DNA of 64,000 nucleotides from Bdellovibrionales bacterium (GTDB lineage Bacteria; Bdellovibrionota; Bdellovibrionia; Bdellovibrionales; UBA1609): NCBI GenBank assembly GCA_050249195.1, contig JBFWQY010000020.1, positions 30,081 to 94,080 of the forward strand, read 5' to 3'. Shown piece by piece: positions 38,062 to 45,457 of this stretch (position 1 is its first letter; each line of letters starts with the position of its first letter). The notes under the pieces were generated by a model. It saw only the letters and a program-made list of their open reading frames with translations, ran no database searches and was not told where the DNA came from. The position numbers and the translations under genes were made by a program.

Positions 38062-38430
38062 GAACAGCTCGAAATCCCAGCCAAGGAAGAGACGTCAGAA
38101 CGCGGGGCGGTGCGGAGAACTGTTCACGTGCTCACGTGCTCACGTGCATAGCTCTATCATGGCGATCACGCCTCTATGAAATGCTTTTGGTCAGCCGACA
38201 TAAGTCCGGTCGGGCTCGATATCCTGTGGACCGACGGTAACCCGCACAGGAGGTTCTCTTTTATAGAAGTCAAGATCAAGAGAGATCGAGAGAGATCGAG
38301 ATCGGGGCCAAGGCCGAGGGGCGGGTGACATTTGTTTCACCAGACTTCTCAACCGGGGACACTTTGTGAAAGCATATGAAAGTACGTGTGAGGAGATACC
38401 CTCACCCATCTCGGAGAAGGGGGAATTCCG

Positions 38431-38946
38431 ATGTTTAGGCAGGCTGTGGAGAATGTGTTGAAAGTGGAAGGTGGTTACACCAACCATCCGGATGATCGCG
38501 GCGGTCCGACAAATTTCGGGATCACTTTGCAAACTCTCAGTCAGTATCGGGGAACTCCCGTTTCGGACGAAGACGTCCGCAATCTTACGAGAGACGAGGC
38601 AATCGACATTTACTACAAATTTTATTGGCTGCCGCTTGGACTGGACAAGGTCACCAAGACGAAACTGGCGGCCCTCATTTTCGACCAGGGCGTAAATAAA
38701 GGTATTTACTCAGCGGCCAAGACCATTCAGAAAGCGGTCGGCGTGGCGGCTGATGGAAAGATCGGCCCGATGACTCTGAGTGCGATCAACGCCTGCGATG
38801 AGACCGCGACGTGTCTCCGATTTTTCCAGGAGGCGCAGCTGGAATATGTTCGGATCATCAAAAACAATCCGTCGCAGATCGTCTTTCTCGAGGGCTGGCT
38901 GAGAAGAACCCACAGTCTTTTGAATGACATTTTCGAAGCCGCCTAG
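38431..38946 (+). CDS. GH108-family N-acetylmuramidase with a C-terminal peptidoglycan-binding domain
   Basis: 171 aa. The N-terminus VLKVEGGYTNHPDDRGGPTNFGIT is the GH108 signature. The C-terminus AVGVAADGKIGPMTLSAIN is PG_binding_3-like. Confidence 0.85.
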   Translation: MFRQAVENVLKVEGGYTNHPDDRGGPTNFGITLQTLSQYRGTPVSDEDVRNLTRDEAIDIYYKFYWLPLGLDKVTKTKLAALIFDQGVNKGIYSAAKTIQKAVGVAADGKIGPMTLSAINACDETATCLRFFQEAQLEYVRIIKNNPSQIVFLEGWLRRTHSLLNDIFEAA

Positions 38947-38974
38947 CCTCAGCAGGCGCCCGGCTTAGCCTTCG

Positions 38975-41900
38975 TTAAAACTCAACCAGTTTCTTCTGGA
39001 TTGTTTCGCAACCTTCTTGGATTCTTCGCTTGTGATCGGGAGAGATGCACCACTTTTCTCCCAGGATACGTGTGGTGATGTGGCGTTGGTCCTCATTTCG
39101 TTCGATTTTGAGCCTGGAGACGAGTTCCGAGCGGAAATCCGAGATCACTTGCGCCATCGGGGTTGGACTCTCTCTCAGGTTCAGAACAAACGATCTTGAA
39201 TCTCTCACAATTCCCTTCTCATTGAGTTCGCCTTTGAATCTGGTGTTGAGTCCCTCTGCAAGGCCTTCGAAACAAGCCGCGATCGTGCTTGCCGCATCCG
39301 ATTTATAGGTTCTTGTCAGCGCGTGACGATGCCTTGCGAGGGTCACCGTATAGCCCTCCTGTTCCAGCTGGTTTTCGTTTTTAGTAGTAATCCTCTCCTC
39401 CGTCCGCCCGCGAACGACCTTCATGTGAGCGATCGCCTTTAAAATGGCGCCCTGGGGACTGTGGTCCGCCTCGACCTTCAGGTTGGTGTACTTTGCGTTG
39501 TGAGAGGAATTGGCCGTCCGATTCACCGCATAGGTGTTCACCGCTCCTTCGATGTGGGCCAATCCCGCCTCATGAATCTCCCAGGAGGAGCCGTCGTGTT
39601 TAAGACCCTTTTCGGCCATTGCGATGATCAGCTTATCAATCAGATCCCGCGCTCGCATCTCCTTTGAGCGCGCGTGAGCGGATGCAGTTTTCTTTCCGTC
39701 TTTTTTGGCGGGCACGTATTGTTCCAGTTTCTCGGCGATGATCTCTTCAGCCTTCTTCCGGTAATCGCCGACCTCAAATCCTTTCCGGACGTCTTCATGG
39801 AGTTTCTCGATCTGCGCGACAATCTTTAAAATCTTATCGGTATGCCTTAAGAATTCCACCCCTGATGCTTTGCCCATCTCTTCCAGTTTTTCCGCGACTT
39901 CTCCATTGATCAGATCGTCGAAATCGAGTTCCACCGCCTTGGTTCGGAGAATGGCGATAAGTTCTCCAATAGCCGGATTTTTGAAGACTTTGGCGGCGGC
40001 CTTTGTGGTCTTTCCGTCCTTGGATTTTCTAGCCGATTCTTTGGGCTTGCGCTGAATGGCTTTCTTTTCGATGGCAGCCCCCCTTTGCTTCAGATCCTCC
40101 AGGATCTTGAGGATTTCGGCCTTTCTTTCTTTATCGGAGCCATTCACCTGCACTTCCACCTTCTCCACCAGCTCGGTGAACCGGGTCGGTTCGCTACTGA
40201 TGATCAGAACCGCGTCTTTGTCGTTACCCATAAGTTCGAAGGAGTGTTTTTCCGAGCCGACGGTGAAGTCCTCCTTGTAAAGCAAGGAACCGACAAAGCC
40301 TTTGACCTTGGCGACACCTTCTTGAACTTTCTCGGCCACTTTGTAAGCCGCTTCGAGCACGGGCCCGCCCAGCTTGGCCACAAACTGAGCTAATTTTCCC
40401 ATCCCCTTATCCACAACCTTTTTCACCTTGAGCAGGATGGATTTGATTTTGCGCGGAAGTCCTCCTAATCCGATGAAGCCAGCGAGGAATGCGATGGCAA
40501 TGGGAATAAACTTGGCAAAAGTTCTTTCGATAAAGTTGGCGGCGGCGCCGACGGCACCGGCTGCGATCTCGATAATCGCCGCGAAAATGCCCTCGATAAT
40601 TTTTAAGGCGTTGTGAATCTGATCGATAAGCGCAAAGAGCACATCGACCACTGTTTTTATGGCCGAGAGAATGGCCGTCACCGGAAAGAGGAGGCCAAGG
40701 ACCTTTTCAACGGCAAGCGTGACGACTTTGACCACCAGATATTCGCTGACTTCGCTCACGATGGCGTCCACCACATCGGTCAGCATTTCAACCAGCTTTT
40801 CCTTGAGCTTCTCCCAAACACCCACGATCCCTTTATCGCGGTAGGCTTGGATGAGGTCGAAGTTCTCCTCCAACATCTGCATTTTTCTCTCAGCTCTGTC
40901 CTCGGCGCCGTCCTTGTCCTTTTCCTTCTTGGCGATTTCCGCCACCAAAATCTTGCGAAAATTCTCGTAGGAAACGCCGATCACGCCTATGGCAAAAAGC
41001 AGGATACTGCTCAAGCTGAGAGGCTTTTGCAATTGGTGGCCGTCTTCAGTCAGCCCGCCCAGCAGCCAGTCGATCACGCCACCGAGCAGATGCTTGAGAA
41101 TGTTCTGCAAAAACTGGGTGAAGCCGCGCTTAATGCCTTCAAAAACGTTCTTGATAAATTGGACCGGGCGCTGAATCAGTGCGGTCGCCACGACCTTTGC
41201 CTTATCGAGAAAAGCTCTCAGCCACTTGCCGGCCGGTGAAAGCAGAAACGCATCCAGGATCAGTTCGATCAGCTTGTAGCCGACATCCCCAAGGAATGTG
41301 AGAACCTTTCTAACTGGAACGTTCACAATCTCCCAGAAATCACTGATCGATTTCCCGACGCTTTGACTGAGGAAAGGAATCTCCAGCACACGCACCATCA
41401 GGTCTTCAACCATAGACCAGTTGATACCGAGCTCCTGAACACGGCCCGAGAACCACGAAAAGAATTTTTGAAAAATCCCAGACTGATCAAGAGCTTCAAA
41501 ATACTCGGCCCCTCCCGGAATGAAACTAAAGGCGAGTCGTATATATTCCTTCGGCTCAACCTTAACGGTCTCGCCGGTGAAGAAATCTTTGCCAACAAGG
41601 CCCATCAGCAACCGGTACGTGTCCTTTTTCCGGATAGGATCGATCACCAAGTCCATCGCCTTTTTCAAAGCGTAGTCGGCGATATCGGAGAACCAGCCCC
41701 GCTGAATCACGTCGGAGTTGTCGACTCGTTTATTCTGGCGAATATGTGCTTTCTCATGCTCGACGAGGTATTCCTGCTCGCCCGCCGATTTGTCCTGAAA
41801 CTCAGCGCTGAGATAGATATTGTTCTGCCAGGTGAAGGCGGTGGATTTCACCTTCTTGTTGAGGCGAAAAGAGGCCGGGTTACTGATAATTTTGACTTGG

Positions 41901-42151
41901 GAGGAAGACAAAAATCGGGGTGTGGCCTGTTCCAACTCCGCGCGCGGTACCGAGACATGAGGTTCGAAATGATCGATCCGTTTGGCGTATTCGACCGATT
42001 TGATCTCCTGCACGGAAGAGCGGCTATACAAGACGCGCTCGTTGGCATTGAGTTCTCTGGCGACGAAAACTCTCTCCTTGGACGCGTCCCTGTGTTCAGC
42101 CGACGGCCGCCGGCGGGCGGGGTCGGAGTCGGTCTTGGCTCCGGCTTGCAT
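38975..42151 (-). CDS. DUF4157 (zincin-like HExxH) domain protein, 1058 aa; candidate eCIS cargo/effector
   Basis: KSTAFTWQNNIYLSAEFQDKSAGEQEYLVEHEKAHIRQ matches the DUF4157 pattern, with HEKAH at 41744-41758. Hydrophobic helices occupy about aa 376-396 and 470-565. The C-terminal roughly 450 aa show no recognised domain. Confidence 0.75.
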   Translation of the reverse strand: MQAGAKTDSDPARRRPSAEHRDASKERVFVARELNANERVLYSRSSVQEIKSVEYAKRIDHFEPHVSVPRAELEQATPRFLSSSQVKIISNPASFRLNKKVKSTAFTWQNNIYLSAEFQDKSAGEQEYLVEHEKAHIRQNKRVDNSDVIQRGWFSDIADYALKKAMDLVIDPIRKKDTYRLLMGLVGKDFFTGETVKVEPKEYIRLAFSFIPGGAEYFEALDQSGIFQKFFSWFSGRVQELGINWSMVEDLMVRVLEIPFLSQSVGKSISDFWEIVNVPVRKVLTFLGDVGYKLIELILDAFLLSPAGKWLRAFLDKAKVVATALIQRPVQFIKNVFEGIKRGFTQFLQNILKHLLGGVIDWLLGGLTEDGHQLQKPLSLSSILLFAIGVIGVSYENFRKILVAEIAKKEKDKDGAEDRAERKMQMLEENFDLIQAYRDKGIVGVWEKLKEKLVEMLTDVVDAIVSEVSEYLVVKVVTLAVEKVLGLLFPVTAILSAIKTVVDVLFALIDQIHNALKIIEGIFAAIIEIAAGAVGAAANFIERTFAKFIPIAIAFLAGFIGLGGLPRKIKSILLKVKKVVDKGMGKLAQFVAKLGGPVLEAAYKVAEKVQEGVAKVKGFVGSLLYKEDFTVGSEKHSFELMGNDKDAVLIISSEPTRFTELVEKVEVQVNGSDKERKAEILKILEDLKQRGAAIEKKAIQRKPKESARKSKDGKTTKAAAKVFKNPAIGELIAILRTKAVELDFDDLINGEVAEKLEEMGKASGVEFLRHTDKILKIVAQIEKLHEDVRKGFEVGDYRKKAEEIIAEKLEQYVPAKKDGKKTASAHARSKEMRARDLIDKLIIAMAEKGLKHDGSSWEIHEAGLAHIEGAVNTYAVNRTANSSHNAKYTNLKVEADHSPQGAILKAIAHMKVVRGRTEERITTKNENQLEQEGYTVTLARHRHALTRTYKSDAASTIAACFEGLAEGLNTRFKGELNEKGIVRDSRSFVLNLRESPTPMAQVISDFRSELVSRLKIERNEDQRHITTRILGEKWCISPDHKRRIQEGCETIQKKLVEF

Positions 42152-42759
42152 CAGTCCCCGATAAAGGAAAGCCGGAACCCAATGACCGTTTCCCTTTGAA
42201 TGATGATCTTACCCAAATCGTCTCCGCTGGGTCCGAGGACTTCCGCCGTCACCGTAAGGTCCTTTTTCACACCCGCGGGACCGATGGTAAGGGGCTCGCG
42301 GATATAGCCCACCGACGTAACCGGTATGATCGACCGGCTGGTCGCGAGGGATTTCGGGTTCGCGGTGACTTTAAAGGTATTGCTGGCAGCCTCCTCCCCG
42401 TCCATCACAACTCGGACTTGCAACGCCAGGCTGGGATCGGCTCCGTCCAGCAATTCATTGCAATAAACACACGCCCTGATCTCCAGATCATACCGTCCAT
42501 GCTCGACGCCCTGAAAGACCACTTTTCTCGTGCTCAGGTTTTTCTGTTTGTCGATCTCAAGCAGATCCTTGAGCCCGGGGATGGACGACCACACATTGGA
42601 GTTCACGACCCCAGACGCAATATCTTTCTCCAATAACTCGGCGGCGACGGCATCAGCTGACCGCGCAGCTCGAGCCGCCGAATCATAGGCCTCAAGGGTT
42701 CTTTTCATATCCGCGGCTGCGCGTTCGAGATTTCGTTTTAAAATATCGGATAGTGGCAT
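42151..42759 (-). CDS. hypothetical protein (202 aa), coupled to the DUF4157 gene
   Basis: Track ORF. Its stop overlaps the next start (TGATG arrangement at 42151). No motif recognised. Confidence 0.5.
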   Translation of the reverse strand: MPLSDILKRNLERAAADMKRTLEAYDSAARAARSADAVAAELLEKDIASGVVNSNVWSSIPGLKDLLEIDKQKNLSTRKVVFQGVEHGRYDLEIRACVYCNELLDGADPSLALQVRVVMDGEEAASNTFKVTANPKSLATSRSIIPVTSVGYIREPLTIGPAGVKKDLTVTAEVLGPSGDDLGKIIIQRETVIGFRLSFIGD

Positions 42760-42762
42760 AAA

Positions 42763-43623
42763 TCATCCCCTCTTGAATCTTGGAATCCGACGCCGGAGCT
42801 CATCGATTTGCGATTGAAAGCCCTTAACCAGCGTGTCCAAAGCCGTGAACTTCGTATTCAAATCGGTGAACTTGGTGTCCAAGTCGACAAACTTGGTCTG
42901 CAAAACGTTGATTCTTTCCGTCAGCTCCGCTTTCAGGTCCGCGATGGCGCTAACCAACTCATCATGAGTCACCGCCGCGGTCCGATTCTCCTGAATCAGC
43001 GTCGTCCCCGTGGTGTTAATGATCTGGATAAGCTTATCGCCATCAAAGGTGACTTCACCGTTGGCATCCGCGGTTAGGCCATTGATCTTGCGCACGGTTT
43101 TCGACAACTTCTCGGGACCGGGAGAGGCCGTGAGCGTCTGGCCATCATAAGTGAAGTTCTTGAGGAAGAGAGCCTCGATGACCGGGGTACCCTGGGCGAT
43201 GGCTTCAAATTTAACTTTTTGAGTCTTGTAGTGGTACTCGTCGAACTCGGTGTCTTTTAACCTGTGATCCGGGACGGTTTTGGCGATCAGCTGGTAACTG
43301 CCACCGCTCGTCACCTCGAGATCCTCTTTCAACCTCACAGTGACTGGCTTGATCAGACAAACTTCTTTCATCTTTGAAAAAGCGCCATCCGTGCTTTTAT
43401 AATGCCCGATGCCGGCGGAAACGGTGAACTTAGTGTTATCGGCCCTCTCAACATCCAGACCATGAAGAATGCCCGGAACCTGATGGAGATAATAAAGGGT
43501 CACCGTACGCAAGAAATCCAAGTAATCCTGCTCCGTGAGCAGGTGAACATCTCGGACCAATTGCCCCTCAAAATGGTGGGGACGGGTTAGGTAATCGAGG
43601 TCAAAGGTAATAGAACTGGACAT
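42763..43623 (-). CDS. tail-fibre-like protein with a C-terminal coiled coil
   Basis: 286 aa. The C-terminus is LKAELTERINVLQTKFVDLDTKFTDLNTKFTALDTLVKGFQSQIDELRRR. It lies in the fibre position after the baseplate genes. Confidence 0.5.
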   Translation of the reverse strand: MSSSITFDLDYLTRPHHFEGQLVRDVHLLTEQDYLDFLRTVTLYYLHQVPGILHGLDVERADNTKFTVSAGIGHYKSTDGAFSKMKEVCLIKPVTVRLKEDLEVTSGGSYQLIAKTVPDHRLKDTEFDEYHYKTQKVKFEAIAQGTPVIEALFLKNFTYDGQTLTASPGPEKLSKTVRKINGLTADANGEVTFDGDKLIQIINTTGTTLIQENRTAAVTHDELVSAIADLKAELTERINVLQTKFVDLDTKFTDLNTKFTALDTLVKGFQSQIDELRRRIPRFKRG

Positions 43624-43631
43624 CTTCCCTC

Positions 43632-44480
43632 CTAAACTTTCCTTGTAAAATCCAAAGACAAAAGGGTTGTTTCGCTCAGGAGCGAACGTTCCGGCCCGAC
43701 CGGAGGTTGATGATCAGGCGCCGGCAAGACCCAACCTTCGCCAATGACGTTGTGGCAGTAACGCGTGTGGGCCGGCTTCTCCCGATTGACAATCGTTTCC
43801 GTGGCGACGATGAATCTCTTCATCTCCTCCACGCTGCTGCCGTGATAGATCGATTGGACGAGAAAATCACAGTCGGTATGAACGGTTCCTTCGCTATCGG
43901 TCAGTCCATTGTCGTCGATCTTATCCGTAACGAAGACGTAGCAGACTTGGCTTTCATGATTGTCATGAAGGCTGAGATAACTCGTGATGTTCCCGTCGTA
44001 GACACTCACCGGACGTTTGTTGACGAAGGGAAGATAGGCCTTTAAAAAGCCCAACAACGCCGTTTTTGTTCCCCGCTTCCGCGCCAGGAAAAGACAGAGC
44101 GCAAGCTTGCCAAAAACATCGTCCAGGCTTAAGTATTCCTCGTCAAGGTCGCCGTCCAGGTCCAGTCGCGTGGCCCAGGCCTTATCGAAGTAAATGCCAA
44201 ACCTGTGGCAGAACCACTCGATAAATTCCGGGACGGAGCCATCATAACATTGATTAAATGTCCCTTCCTTGATCATGCGTTTGATTCCGGACAAGGAATA
44301 GAGAACGGGAAAAAGATCGCTTCGTTTGTAGAAGGCCCACTTTTTTTCCTGGTTGCCTCGCGAAACGTTCAGAGATCCCCGACCTAAAAAGCCGTCAATC
44401 AGATCCACAATACCTTGGTTAAACAAGGCGTCTCGGTAGACTCGGGGAATGAGGTGAACGGCCGACTGGTCCTGATTCAT
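43632..44480 (-). CDS. P2 gpI-like 'phage tail protein' domain baseplate protein
   Basis: 282 aa. The N-terminus LIPRVYRDALFNQGIVDLIDGFL resembles the gpI/tail-protein domain found in eCIS loci. Confidence 0.6.
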   Translation of the reverse strand: MNQDQSAVHLIPRVYRDALFNQGIVDLIDGFLGRGSLNVSRGNQEKKWAFYKRSDLFPVLYSLSGIKRMIKEGTFNQCYDGSVPEFIEWFCHRFGIYFDKAWATRLDLDGDLDEEYLSLDDVFGKLALCLFLARKRGTKTALLGFLKAYLPFVNKRPVSVYDGNITSYLSLHDNHESQVCYVFVTDKIDDNGLTDSEGTVHTDCDFLVQSIYHGSSVEEMKRFIVATETIVNREKPAHTRYCHNVIGEGWVLPAPDHQPPVGPERSLLSETTLLSLDFTRKV

Positions 44481-45457
44481 AAAATCCTTTCAACCTCGAT
44501 CACGGTGTTCTCAATGGAAATAGCCCCATTGAACTCGAAGATAACCTGATACGGCTGGGCCCCGTCGAAACGGTCCGTTAGAAGGAGGTCGCCAGCCGGG
44601 GAATGGATTTGAACAAGGACTCGCTCGACGTAGTCGACCATTTCAAGATCCTCAATAAAGCTGTAAATCTCAAACAGAGAAACTACCTGATGCAGGGACA
44701 GCTCGCTCCCTGTCGCCGTGGTTCCAAAATATTCCTTAACCCGACTCTTGATCAAAGCGTTGTCTTGATCCCGATTCCACTCCGAGGTTCGGGTGCTCAG
44801 CTTCAGTTTCACGTCCACCTTTACCACCGAGGCCACTTGCGCCGCCTTAACCTCGACAACCGATCCTAAGAGCTTTCGTTCCTCCAGAGCCTGAGTTAAG
44901 TCTTTGACGGCGTCTTGGACCTCCACCATGCCCAAAGGTATTCCCTGACGGCTGATGGAAACCACCACTTTAAATCGATGCGTTTCCGGAAAGTGATCAA
45001 CGTGGATACCTAGGAGAACGTAGTCCATGCCCAACGTCGGCACGATCGTTTTACAAACCGTGATCACATCCTGTTTGGAGATTAGCCTGTAGGGATCGTG
45101 AAAGAATCTCAAAGCCGCTCTCAATATGGCCTCGATATCTGGAGAACTCCTCCCAAGCTCGGCTTTTAGCTCCGAGTAGCGGATATCTTGGGCGTCATTC
45201 ACATTTGTATTTTTCAACTCCGCATCGGCGCCGGAAATCACGTAGTTATTTAGAAATCCGGTCAGAACGGCCGCATCAACGCGATTGACTCTATAAAGAT
45301 ACTGGTCCGACAAATAGGCGTATAGCTCCAAGATCATGACGCCGAAATCCGCGGGATTGTGATCTGTCCATTCCCTGGAAAGCTGAGGAATGCCGTCAAT
45401 AAGGTCTTTGACGAGATCTTTGTATTCGATCTCCAAATCAATATTTTCAAAACCCAT
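44477..45457 (-). CDS. baseplate J-like protein (smaller)
   Basis: 326 aa. WTDHNPADFGVMILELYAYLSDQYLYRVNRV matches the conserved N-terminal motif of the baseplate J/gp47 family. Confidence 0.6.
   Translation of the reverse strand: MGFENIDLEIEYKDLVKDLIDGIPQLSREWTDHNPADFGVMILELYAYLSDQYLYRVNRVDAAVLTGFLNNYVISGADAELKNTNVNDAQDIRYSELKAELGRSSPDIEAILRAALRFFHDPYRLISKQDVITVCKTIVPTLGMDYVLLGIHVDHFPETHRFKVVVSISRQGIPLGMVEVQDAVKDLTQALEERKLLGSVVEVKAAQVASVVKVDVKLKLSTRTSEWNRDQDNALIKSRVKEYFGTTATGSELSLHQVVSLFEIYSFIEDLEMVDYVERVLVQIHSPAGDLLLTDRFDGAQPYQVIFEFNGAISIENTVIEVERIL

Noticed and set aside
38121-38300. CRISPR-like or minisatellite interpretation of the short tandem repeats: TCACGTGC x3 at 38124-38147, AGAGATCGAG x2 at about 38281-38300, and also the 58691-58750 array.
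   Set aside because: The units are 5-11 bp with no spacers and there are no cas genes, which is far too short for CRISPR. They are treated as regulatory-type repeats.
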